In this document: piece after piece, positions 1-7,960 of the stretch
Layout: every line of letters starts with the position of its first letter
Numbering within the stretch: the stretch's first letter is position 1
Assembly (NCBI GenBank): GCA_016196545.1
Contig: JACPXM010000016.1
Location: forward strand, 13,266-77,265
DNA: 64,000 nucleotides
Direction: 5' to 3'
DNA from: Candidatus Omnitrophota bacterium
GTDB lineage: Bacteria > Omnitrophota > Omnitrophia > Omnitrophales > Aquincolibacteriaceae
Made by a program: the position numbers and the translations under genes
The notes under the pieces: model-generated
Database searches by the model: none
The model's input: the letters and a program-made list of their open reading frames with translations, nothing else
Told to the model about the DNA's origin: nothing

Positions 1-168
1 GCAAGTAATTTGTGGCTCATGACCGACAGCATCATTGCCTATCCTCATATTGCCTACATCTATTTTTTGATGTCGGGCTTGATCCTTCTTCAGGGACGCA
101 TTTTAAGGGAAGGCCGCCATTTAATTTGGAAAAATCACCGACTTTGTTACGAAGGGGCGCTCCGTTGA
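1..168 (+). CDS. 3' end of a gene starting upstream of the window; hydrophobic tail, function unknown
   Basis: Frame 1 is open from base 1 to TGA at 166-168 (..IAYIYFLMSGLILLQGRILREGRHLIWKNH..). Too short to assign a family. Confidence 0.25.
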   Translation, partial: ASNLWLMTDSIIAYPHIAYIYFLMSGLILLQGRILREGRHLIWKNHRLCYEGALR

Positions 169-1307
169 CGAAGCAAGAGATGATCCGCTAATAATGAGGC
201 GGTGATTTTTCGTCCCTCTTCGTTCCAATGAGTGTCGGTGGGGTAATAAAGTAGGGATCCACTAGCGGCCGCTTTTTCAAAGGCCGGCGTGAGGCTCAAC
301 CAATCCATTCCCGAATCTTCAACCATTTTTCGAACGCAGGCTTCTTGATTGCTTTTATTCTGAATCCACTCCGGCTGTAATGAAAGCCATTCCACATGAC
401 TTTTTGAACTCGCGTAGGGAGCATAGATATGGGCGGTCGTCGGGATATAGACGACGACGAGATCGATACCGTTTTTTTCGGCAGAGGCTTTAAATTCTTG
501 CAAAATACCTTTGAGGGCCCTCCCTTCCGCGGAGGACTCAATCTGTTCGGCGGGGCGTAAATCCACGGAATAAGATAAAATCGTATTAAATTCGCTTCCT
601 TCCGGTAGGAGGATATGAACCCTTCGCGGATCAACGCTGCGCAAGAAAAGTTTCAGAAAATAGAGCCCCGTGTCTTTTAAGGTGATGAGATAGCGTTCCA
701 GTAAATTTTTTCGGGTTAAATTAAAATGATAGTAATCCCCCCCGGCCCGCCAATTCAAATAATGAGTCATATCCCTTAAGTCATTGCCTTCAAAGAAAAG
801 GATAAAGACGGTTTGGGGACGGTCGGGGAGGACATAGCGTTTGAAAGATTCCAAATACTGGAAAGGCCCATACCATTCCATTCCATAATTTTTTACGGAA
901 AGGCCGGTCAATTTTTCCAGCCGTTTTGCGAGGGTGTCGGCTTCATCCATTCCAAATTCCAAAAAGGAATCGCCAATAAGTCCGATGTGGGGAGCGTTGT
1001 GGCCTGACGCATTGCGCAATCCATTTTCATCGAACCGGGCCTCATAAGGGATGTGCTTTGTCTTTCTATCGCTGAAGAGACCGTAATGATCGCCCACAAA
1101 AAATCCTTGGTAATGATAATTGGGCTTGCGGCGAAAGATCAAAACGGGATCGGGGACGTAGCGCTCTTTGAGACGATAATAATGAATTGACTCAAGCCGG
1201 AGCTTTTCGGCAAGGGAGGGAAATCCTTCAAAAATGCTGAAAAGGGCAAATGTAAACAGAAAAAATGAAAAAAGGAATAGGAAAAACCCCTCAATCCAGG
1301 GACGCAT
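147..1307 (-). CDS. membrane-anchored SGNH/GDSL-fold protein, AlgJ/AlgX-like (putative polysaccharide O-acyl transferase/esterase)
   Basis: 386-aa ORF with an N-terminal TM helix (FFLFLFSFFLFTFALFSIF). GDS block IGLIGDSFLEFG and C-terminal PTDTHWNEEG block. Paralog of the next gene. Confidence 0.55.
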   Translation of the reverse strand: MRPWIEGFFLFLFSFFLFTFALFSIFEGFPSLAEKLRLESIHYYRLKERYVPDPVLIFRRKPNYHYQGFFVGDHYGLFSDRKTKHIPYEARFDENGLRNASGHNAPHIGLIGDSFLEFGMDEADTLAKRLEKLTGLSVKNYGMEWYGPFQYLESFKRYVLPDRPQTVFILFFEGNDLRDMTHYLNWRAGGDYYHFNLTRKNLLERYLITLKDTGLYFLKLFLRSVDPRRVHILLPEGSEFNTILSYSVDLRPAEQIESSAEGRALKGILQEFKASAEKNGIDLVVVYIPTTAHIYAPYASSKSHVEWLSLQPEWIQNKSNQEACVRKMVEDSGMDWLSLTPAFEKAAASGSLLYYPTDTHWNEEGRKITASLLADHLLLRQRSAPS

Positions 1308-2523
1308 TGCGGACCGCCGCGTTTTGAATCATCAACTTCAACTTTTCCGTCAACAATCGGCTTGTGAGGCGGTGGCCCTCATAATTCCAATGTCCCGAGT
1401 GGGAGCCGTATTCCCAGTAATGACGACTTGTCCTTTCTTGAGTTTGATCAAAATGAAGGATTTTTGACTCTTTCTCAAAGGTTTCCCGGAAGGGTTGGGT
1501 GAGGCCGAGCAAGGTAATTCCTTCCGCCTCGGCGAAGGCCGCCAAATCGTCATCAAAAAAATAGGTTCGAAAGGTTGGGTCCAGGGATTTGAACCGGGTT
1601 TCGTTTTTGGGAAAATAATCGGGGGTATCGATATTGACCAAAAGAAACGGAATCCCGTGTTTTCGGCAAAGCAGCGACATTTCACGAATCAAACGTTTTG
1701 AAAGGGCAAAGTTTTTTTCATATTGAAGATCCGGCGTAGCCGTCGCCAAACTGAGATAACCTTCCAGGCCCCTTTCCGGATCCGGTTCCGAGTCCTCAAA
1801 ACCCATGTTTTTGATTTGCTTGAGCCGTTCAAAAATAATAAAGCGTTCGGACAGCAGGCTGATGAAATAAGACTTCCGTTTCAAGGGGTTGATCCAGCTT
1901 TTAATTTTGTATTCCCAGGTATCCTTAAAACGGGTGTCGAGCTTAAGTGTCCCGGAGTGGGGATCCACTTCATAAAAGGGCCGCATCAGGCTGAGGGCCG
2001 TGGAGGGATGCATGTCCCCAATGTCATTGACCGCGTAGAAAAAAAGGACAACCGCATCAGGTTTGAATTTTAGGATCTCCCTTTCGAGGATTAAGTATTC
2101 TTCGATTTGAGTCGTGCAGGAGCGGCCGAAATTCAAAAATTCCACAGACCTTCCCGTCTCCTGACGGAGTGAGGATTCCGTGAGTGCGAGAAAAGTCGAT
2201 TCCTCTTCGATTTGCAGGCTTTCCACATAACTGTCTCCCAAAACTGCGACGCGGTAAGTGGAAGGATCCTTGTCGATCGACCAGTCTTTTCCGCGCCATC
2301 CATGTCGATTGATTCGGAAAGGAATCGGGTTGTCATTTTCCCCCCTTAAAAAAACATAGTTTTCGCCCGACGCGAGATGCCAACCTAAGAGGGGGTCTGG
2401 GATGGCCCAGGACAGACGGGCTTCCAACCAATGGGTTTTCCTTAAGACAAGTTCAATCCCCAAAAATAACAAAAGAAGTGTTCCGATCAAGAGAAGAAGA
2501 TTTGCCCACCCCTTATGTTTCAC
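1291..2523 (-). CDS. membrane-anchored SGNH/GDSL-fold protein, AlgJ/AlgX-like (paralog)
   Basis: 410-aa ORF with an N-terminal TM helix (WANLLLLIGTLLLLFLGIELVL). GDS block VAVLGDSYVESL and C-terminal SGHWNYEGH block. Overlaps the downstream paralog by 17 nt. Confidence 0.55.
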   Translation of the reverse strand: MKHKGWANLLLLIGTLLLLFLGIELVLRKTHWLEARLSWAIPDPLLGWHLASGENYVFLRGENDNPIPFRINRHGWRGKDWSIDKDPSTYRVAVLGDSYVESLQIEEESTFLALTESSLRQETGRSVEFLNFGRSCTTQIEEYLILEREILKFKPDAVVLFFYAVNDIGDMHPSTALSLMRPFYEVDPHSGTLKLDTRFKDTWEYKIKSWINPLKRKSYFISLLSERFIIFERLKQIKNMGFEDSEPDPERGLEGYLSLATATPDLQYEKNFALSKRLIREMSLLCRKHGIPFLLVNIDTPDYFPKNETRFKSLDPTFRTYFFDDDLAAFAEAEGITLLGLTQPFRETFEKESKILHFDQTQERTSRHYWEYGSHSGHWNYEGHRLTSRLLTEKLKLMIQNAAVRNASLD

Positions 2524-2629
2524 AGGACCTCCGGTTAAGATTTTGAGAAGACAGGCGATGATTTAACAAATCAATGAAACCCTTGGGGTATTATATCGTC
2601 TTAACAGCTCGAACGATTGATTCCTTTCA

Positions 2630-3412
2630 ATGATTGCGATCACCGACAGTCCTTACCCGAAACGGAATATTTTAGGGATGCCTTTGCATTGGGTGAATAA
2701 GTCCGGTGTCAACGATTTTATCGGGACTGTGATTGAAAGAGGCGCTCAGTCCCTCGTTTTGAATCTCAATATTCACTGCGTTTGTTTGGCGCAACGCGAG
2801 ACCTGGATGAAAGCGTTTTTTCAAAAAGCAGGACTGGTCTTTTGCGACGGCGACGGGGTGCGCCTGGGAATGCGATTATTGGGTTATAGGCCTCCTGAAA
2901 AAATGACTTATGATCGATGGATTTGGGATTTGGCCGAATTCTGTGATAAACGTCGTTATCGGCTCTATTTTTTGGGGGCCAAGCCAGGTATTGCCGAAGA
3001 AGCCGCTCAAAAGCTGAGGAGCCGCTTTCCGGCCCTTCAGATTTGTGGAGCCCATCACGGGTATTTTCAGGTTCAAGGGCCTGAGAATGAAGCGCTTATC
3101 CGCCAGATCAATCTCTTAAAACCTCATCTCCTTATTCTGGGGATGGGGATGCCTCTCCAAGAGGCGTGGTTGAGGGATTATGGGAGCCGTTTAGCCGTGA
3201 ATATTTTTCTTACCGGTGGGGCGGTTTTTGATTATGCTTCCGGAAGGGCAAAGAGGTCTCCGGATTGGATGATTCGATGCCGCTTGGAATGGCTGCACCG
3301 CATACTTCAGGAGCCCGGCCGGCTCTCTGGGCGTTACGCCACAGAAATTCCTTATTTTTTTTATCGAATTTTGAAAGCTAAACTGGGGTGGGATTCACGT
3401 GAAGCAAAGTAA
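2630..3412 (+). CDS. WecB/TagA/CpsF-family glycosyltransferase
   Basis: 260 aa. Family-typical strings FCDGDGVRLGMRLLG, YFLGAKPGIAEEAAQKL, LILGMGMPLQEAW and FLTGGAVFDYASG. Confidence 0.75.
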   Translation: MIAITDSPYPKRNILGMPLHWVNKSGVNDFIGTVIERGAQSLVLNLNIHCVCLAQRETWMKAFFQKAGLVFCDGDGVRLGMRLLGYRPPEKMTYDRWIWDLAEFCDKRRYRLYFLGAKPGIAEEAAQKLRSRFPALQICGAHHGYFQVQGPENEALIRQINLLKPHLLILGMGMPLQEAWLRDYGSRLAVNIFLTGGAVFDYASGRAKRSPDWMIRCRLEWLHRILQEPGRLSGRYATEIPYFFYRILKAKLGWDSREAK

Positions 3413-4820
3413 AACTTATTTTGGTTTCCGAAGTTTTCTCGTTGTCCTTGCGGATTTAGTTTGTTTGACGGCGGCGCTCGTGGGCGGATACTGGCTCTGG
3501 AAGACTTTTGCCTGGCACGGACATTATCAATATTTTAGTGATTATGTTTTGACGGTCTATTTTCTTCCCCTCGCCGGCGTTGTTATTTTTCGCATGGGGG
3601 GCCTTTACAAGGCTGAGGCTGGTCTCCTGGGAGTCGAAGAACAAAGCCTTATTTTCAAGGCGATCGTTAATCTTTTCACACTTTTTTTTGCCATTTCGTT
3701 TTTTTACCGGCGTGTCGAGTTCTCGCGCCTTGCTGTTTTCTATTCTTTCTTCCTGGCAGTTATTTTTGTGAGTGTCAGCCGCTATTTGCTTCGGCAATTT
3801 TTTAGCTGGCTCAATCGGCGAGGTCACTTTGTCCGCAAGGCCCTGATTTACGGAGCGGGATATCATGGGCAAAGACTAGAACGCTGGATCCAGCAATCTC
3901 CAAAGCTGGGCTTACACGTTGTGGGTTATTTGGACGACGATGTGGACCGGCTCCGGAGAAAACCCAGCAAACCCTGGCTCGGAAAATTGGAGGACCTCCG
4001 TAGAGAGGCCTCGAAACACCATGTCACTTTATTGTTCATTGCTTATCCAAAACTGGAAGAATCCAAGGTCGTTGAAATTTTTCAATTTTGCCGCAAATTA
4101 GAGATTCAATGCTGGGCCATCCCCGTCCTTTACCAGTTCCATATTGAAAAAGCCGAAATTGCGAATATCGGCGGAATTCCCCTCATGACCTTTCGTGAAA
4201 AGGCTGGACGGCGATTCTACCGCTGGGTGAAAGGATGGCTGGATACCCTTATGGCTTGGATTTTACTTGTTCCGGCAGGGCTGTTGGTGCTTGGCCTCTA
4301 CGGGGTGCTTAAAAGGATAAGCCGTGAGCCGGTATTTTTCCGCCAGGTTCGCGTGGGCATCGAAGGAAAGCGATTTGTAATGTATAAATTCAGAACGCTT
4401 AAATCCAAAGGACGCCGCGACAGGATTTCTCCGGAATTAGCGGAAGGCAAACAAAGGGAGTCTTCCGAGATTTTACCCCTCGGCGGATTTTTGCGAAGGA
4501 CAGGGCTGGATGAATTGCCGCAATTATTTAATGTCCTGAAGGGGGAGATGAGTTTGGTGGGGCCTCGGCCCGAAATGCCCTTTATTGTGGACAAATACGG
4601 ACCCCTTGAGAGGGAGCGCCTCAGTGTAAAGCCTGGGATAACCGGTCTTTGGCAAATCAGCGAGGACAGGAAGCGTCTCCTCATTCATGAAAATATGGAT
4701 TATGACCTTTATTATATTGAGCATCTCAGCCCCTACCTCGATCTTGCGATTTTAGTCAAAACATTTGTCACGGTTTTTAGTCGTTTTTTGAGGGGCGGGA
4801 ATTTAAAGTCTAAATCGTAA
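3399..4820 (+). CDS. polyprenyl-phosphate sugar-1-phosphate transferase (WbaP/exopolysaccharide priming enzyme type)
   Basis: 473 aa with several N-terminal TM segments. C-terminal bacterial sugar-transferase signature GLDELPQLFNVLKGEMSLVGPRPE ... KPGITGLWQI. Confidence 0.85.
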   Translation: MKQSKTYFGFRSFLVVLADLVCLTAALVGGYWLWKTFAWHGHYQYFSDYVLTVYFLPLAGVVIFRMGGLYKAEAGLLGVEEQSLIFKAIVNLFTLFFAISFFYRRVEFSRLAVFYSFFLAVIFVSVSRYLLRQFFSWLNRRGHFVRKALIYGAGYHGQRLERWIQQSPKLGLHVVGYLDDDVDRLRRKPSKPWLGKLEDLRREASKHHVTLLFIAYPKLEESKVVEIFQFCRKLEIQCWAIPVLYQFHIEKAEIANIGGIPLMTFREKAGRRFYRWVKGWLDTLMAWILLVPAGLLVLGLYGVLKRISREPVFFRQVRVGIEGKRFVMYKFRTLKSKGRRDRISPELAEGKQRESSEILPLGGFLRRTGLDELPQLFNVLKGEMSLVGPRPEMPFIVDKYGPLERERLSVKPGITGLWQISEDRKRLLIHENMDYDLYYIEHLSPYLDLAILVKTFVTVFSRFLRGGNLKSKS

Positions 4821-5396
4821 TCAAGCGGCCGTTAAAATGTGCTCTCGGGCTTTGAGGCGGCGGTCGAATTCCTTCAGAATTTTACTGCGCGTATTTTCAT
4901 GAGAAGGTGTCACAATGGCCCCGGATTTCCAAGGGGAATGAATTTTCTGAATTAAATCGTTTAAATGGACTTCGGCGTAGGGGAGAACTTCGGTTCCGTC
5001 CAGGGCGCGGTATTTTCCGTTTTCTTTGTAAATGCAAAGCGTATGCGCGTAGCGGTCCCCGTACAGGTTCAGTAAAAACGTGTGATACCCTTGAAGGCGC
5101 AAAACTTCCCGCGCAAAAAGGGCAAAATCTTCGCAATCTCCCCGTTTATTTTTTAAAAGCTCTTCTGGAGATTGCCAGCGGTCCCTCACACCAAAAAGCC
5201 GTTGATCGTCTTCATAGAGAAAATTCTTCCAGATGTACCTTGCGATGTCCTGAGGTGTGGTGAGTTCAAAGGAAAGATCCCGGAGGGTGAGTCCTCGGTC
5301 AAGAGTTTGAGCATTCGCTTCAGCCGTCATCAACAAAGAATTTACGAGGACCAAGCTTGCGACGAATACCCAGATAGCCGCGACGCTATTTCTCAT
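4821..5396 (-). CDS. secreted transglutaminase-like cysteine protease, BTLCP/LapG-like
   Basis: Signal peptide MRNSVAAIWVFVASLVLVNSLLMTAEANA. Core DRWQSPEELLKNKRGDCEDFALFAREVL .. AHTLCIY .. ALDG fits the Cys-His-Asp order of BTLCP. Start moved to ATG 5396, which has the SD GGAGGGGAG upstream, from the track's TTG at 5420. Confidence 0.6.
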   Translation of the reverse strand: MRNSVAAIWVFVASLVLVNSLLMTAEANAQTLDRGLTLRDLSFELTTPQDIARYIWKNFLYEDDQRLFGVRDRWQSPEELLKNKRGDCEDFALFAREVLRLQGYHTFLLNLYGDRYAHTLCIYKENGKYRALDGTEVLPYAEVHLNDLIQKIHSPWKSGAIVTPSHENTRSKILKEFDRRLKAREHILTAA

Positions 5397-5469
5397 GCCG
5401 ATTTCTCCCCTCCGAGACAAAGGGATTCGAATCGGCCAAATGCGGCTAAACTTAGGACAGCTTCCGTAA

Positions 5470-5575
5470 TGGATTTGGCAGCTCAGCCTCCCGCCACAGA
5501 CGGGACTGTAACTTTGCGTCCTCCGATTACTCGGAGTTTGCTTCCGCTAAACACAGCGGATCCGCCACTGATTGA
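5470..5575 (-). promoter_or_regulatory. candidate c-di-GMP-I (GEMM-I) riboswitch aptamer in the leader of the 4821..5396 gene
   Basis: Minus strand reads GCGGAAGCAAAC-UCCGA-GUAA-UCGGA-GGACGCAAAGUU-ACAGUCCCG-UCUGUGG-CGGGAGGCUG-AGCUGCC. It has the signature GCAAAC and GACGCAAAG strings, a GNRA-capped hairpin and a second bulged hairpin, in the same order as V. cholerae Vc2. Confidence 0.6.
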
Positions 5576-5597
5576 GTGGCGGACTTTTCAGAATCCC

Positions 5598-5626
5598 ATA
5601 ATTTTAAAGAACTATAGCTCCTTCAA
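5598..5626 (-). promoter_or_regulatory. putative sigma70-type promoter for the riboswitch leader
   Basis: Minus strand TTGAAG (5626-5621), 17-nt spacer, AATTAT (5603-5598). Places the transcription start just upstream of the structured leader. Confidence 0.3.
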
Positions 5627-5791
5627 GAGCCGTCATTTCTAACCTTAATGAAACGAATAACATACGGAATACTGCTTGTCAAAGAAGCCTAATTAAATTT
5701 TATGCAACTCATTTATTTATAATAGGTTAAATAATTTTTTTAGCGAATCGATTGACTATTGAAAGCCGTCTTGTTAGGATACAATTCTTCT

Positions 5792-6991
5792 ATGTCAGAC
5801 TTTAACCCCGTTGAAGAAATCATTGAAGAAATTCGTGCTGGCCGCATGGTGATTATGGCCGACGATGAAACCCGCGAAAATGAGGGCGATCTCATCTTTG
5901 CGGCTTCCCGAGTAACGCCTGAAAAAATTAATTTTATGATGAAATTTGGGCGTGGTCTCATTTGTATTCCCTTAACGGAAGACAGGCTTGAGACATTGGG
6001 CTTGGGGGCGATGAGTCATTATGCCAAGGATCCCATGGGAACCGCATTTATGGAATCCGTCGATGCGCGTTTGGGAATCACCACCGGGATTTCAGCCTAC
6101 GATCGATCAAGAACCGTTGAGATTCTTGCTGACCCGGGCCGCGGCAGAAAAGACCTGGTGACGCCCGGACATATATTTCCTCTCAAGGCGCGAAAGGGAG
6201 GAGTTCTCACAAGGGCGGGCCATACGGAAGCGGCGGTGGATTTGGCCCGGTTAGCGGGCCTTGAGCCGGCAGGTGTGATTTGCGAGATTATCAATGAAGA
6301 TGGCACAATGTCCCGTTTGAGCGATCTTCAGAATTTTTCCAAGGAACATCATTTAAAAATCGGGACCATCCGTCATTTGATTGAATATCGTCGCCGTTTT
6401 GAAAAATTAATCGAATTCATCAGTGAAGCAAAAATCCCCACCGTTTTCGGAACTTGGCAGGTCAAACTTTACCGTTCCCTGACTGACCGCGCAGAGCATA
6501 TTGCGCTTGTGAAGGGAAATATCGATTCAAGCCCTACGCTTGTTCGCGTGCATTCCGAATGTTTTACGGGTGATATTCTCGGATCCATGCGATGCGACTG
6601 CCAGGATCAGCTAATCGCCGCAATGGAAAAAATCGAGGCCGAGGGCCGCGGGGTGATTCTCTATCTGCGCCAAGAAGGCCGGGGCATTGGGCTTGCCAAC
6701 AAATTAAGGGCATACAATCTTCAGGACGAGGGAAAGGATACTGTGGAGGCCAATCAGGAGCTCGGATTTAAGCCCGATTTGCGTGATTACGGTGTCGGGG
6801 CCCAAATTTTAAAAGACCTTGGCCTTTGCGAACTTCGCCTGATGACCAATAATCCTAGAAAAATTGTCGGCCTTGAGGGACATGGTTTAAAGGCCGTGGA
6901 ACGCGTTTCACTCGCCATCCCTCCCCATACCTTAAATGCCAAGTATTTAAAGGCAAAAAAGGAAAAACTGGGCCATCTGTTGGATTTATAG
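5792..6991 (+). CDS. ribBA: bifunctional 3,4-dihydroxy-2-butanone-4-phosphate synthase / GTP cyclohydrolase II
   Basis: DHBP-synthase half (MADDETRENEGDLIFAA, GHTEAAVDLARLAG) plus GCH-II half (VRVHSECFTGDILGSMRCDC, YLRQEGRGIGL). ATG 5792 is preferred over TTG 5759. Confidence 0.93.
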   Translation: MSDFNPVEEIIEEIRAGRMVIMADDETRENEGDLIFAASRVTPEKINFMMKFGRGLICIPLTEDRLETLGLGAMSHYAKDPMGTAFMESVDARLGITTGISAYDRSRTVEILADPGRGRKDLVTPGHIFPLKARKGGVLTRAGHTEAAVDLARLAGLEPAGVICEIINEDGTMSRLSDLQNFSKEHHLKIGTIRHLIEYRRRFEKLIEFISEAKIPTVFGTWQVKLYRSLTDRAEHIALVKGNIDSSPTLVRVHSECFTGDILGSMRCDCQDQLIAAMEKIEAEGRGVILYLRQEGRGIGLANKLRAYNLQDEGKDTVEANQELGFKPDLRDYGVGAQILKDLGLCELRLMTNNPRKIVGLEGHGLKAVERVSLAIPPHTLNAKYLKAKKEKLGHLLDL

Positions 6992-6994
6992 GCC

Positions 6995-7489
6995 ATGTCA
7001 GTTTATCGCGGACGTTTGAAAGTTCCTCGTAAACGTTTAGGGATTGTTGTCTCCCGCTTCAATGAATTTATTACCCAGAGGCTCCTTACAAGCGCCCTTG
7101 AGACCCTGGAGTCGGCCGGTGTCCGTGAAAAAAATATCTCCGTGATTTGGGTTCCCGGTGCCCTCGAAGTCCCGCAATTTTGCAAAAAACTCGCCCAAAG
7201 GTCTTTCGATGCCATTATCGCGCTGGCCTGTGTCCTGCGCGGCGGGACGCATCATTTTGAATGCGTGTCCGGCGAAATCACACGGGGCATTTCTCAAGTT
7301 GCGCTTGAAACGGGTGTTCCCATTGCAACGGGTGTGATTACGGCCAATACCCTTGAAGAAGCGATTGAGCGGGCGGGGATGAAGGCTGGAAATAAAGGAG
7401 CACAGGCCGCATTGGCTGCGCTTGAAATTGCCGACCTCAACCGAAGACTCCAAAACAAAAAACATCAAGGACAGAGGAAAAGAAAATAA
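6995..7489 (+). CDS. ribH: 6,7-dimethyl-8-ribityllumazine synthase
   Basis: 164 aa. Motifs GIVVSRFNEFIT, VPGALEVP and ALACVLRGGTHHFECV. Confidence 0.93.
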   Translation: MSVYRGRLKVPRKRLGIVVSRFNEFITQRLLTSALETLESAGVREKNISVIWVPGALEVPQFCKKLAQRSFDAIIALACVLRGGTHHFECVSGEITRGISQVALETGVPIATGVITANTLEEAIERAGMKAGNKGAQAALAALEIADLNRRLQNKKHQGQRKRK

Positions 7490-7522
7490 TGGAAAAGTTT
7501 AAATCCATTGTTTGTGTGATTT

Positions 7523-7960
7523 ATGCGTAAACGAACCCATGCGAGGGAATGCGTCCTCCAGATTCTTTATCAGCATGAAATGAATCCCTTGCCGCTGGGA
7601 CAGGTGATGGAATCCTTTTGGAAGGAAAATGAGGGACAGGAAGAGGAAGTAAAATCTTTTGCCGCCGGGCTTGTTCTCGGTACTCGATTGCACCAGGGGG
7701 AAATCGATGAGGTTATAAAAAAAGTTACGAATAATTGGGACCTTGGCCGCATGGCGGTCATTGACCGCAGCATTTTAAGGTTTGCCACTTACGAACTGCT
7801 TTTTATGGAAGATATTCCCTCCAAGGTGACGATCAACGAAGCGGTAAATCTTGCGAAAAAATTTTCTCAGGAAGGATCCGGAAAGTTTGTGAATGGAATT
7901 TTAGATAAAATTAGCCACACCGAAAAAAGCCGTGTTGAAAAAAAAGCGGAACATGAATGA
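7523..7960 (+). CDS. nusB: transcription antitermination factor NusB
   Basis: 145 aa with RTHARECVLQILYQHE. Classical position next to ribH. Confidence 0.88.
   Translation: MRKRTHARECVLQILYQHEMNPLPLGQVMESFWKENEGQEEEVKSFAAGLVLGTRLHQGEIDEVIKKVTNNWDLGRMAVIDRSILRFATYELLFMEDIPSKVTINEAVNLAKKFSQEGSGKFVNGILDKISHTEKSRVEKKAEHE

Noticed and set aside
5440-5600. tmRNA, RNase P RNA, SRP RNA or cobalamin riboswitch as the identity of the structured region
   Set aside because: The region is too short for tmRNA, which also requires a tRNA-like 3' end with a proper T-arm that is absent here. The GAGGAAAGUCC/ACAGAACCCGGCUUA RNase P blocks and the SRP GGAAGCAGCC motif are absent. The GCCACTG strings resemble a B12 box only superficially and lie within simple hairpins.
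5172-5642. 156-aa + strand ORF spanning the ribBA upstream gap
   Set aside because: It lies antisense to the start of the protease gene and directly over the structured riboswitch-like RNA. The product is Pro/Arg/Ser-rich with no motif and no SD. The hairpins, including a GNRA loop on the other strand, explain the open frame better.
5421-5791. Expected FMN (RFN) riboswitch in front of the rib operon
   Set aside because: None of the conserved RFN strings (of the type GGGCAGGGTGAAATTCCC or GGATGGGAGA) occurs on the + strand. The ~60-nt stretch before ATG 5792 is AT-rich and unstructured. The structured RNA in this gap is on the minus strand and matches GEMM-I instead.
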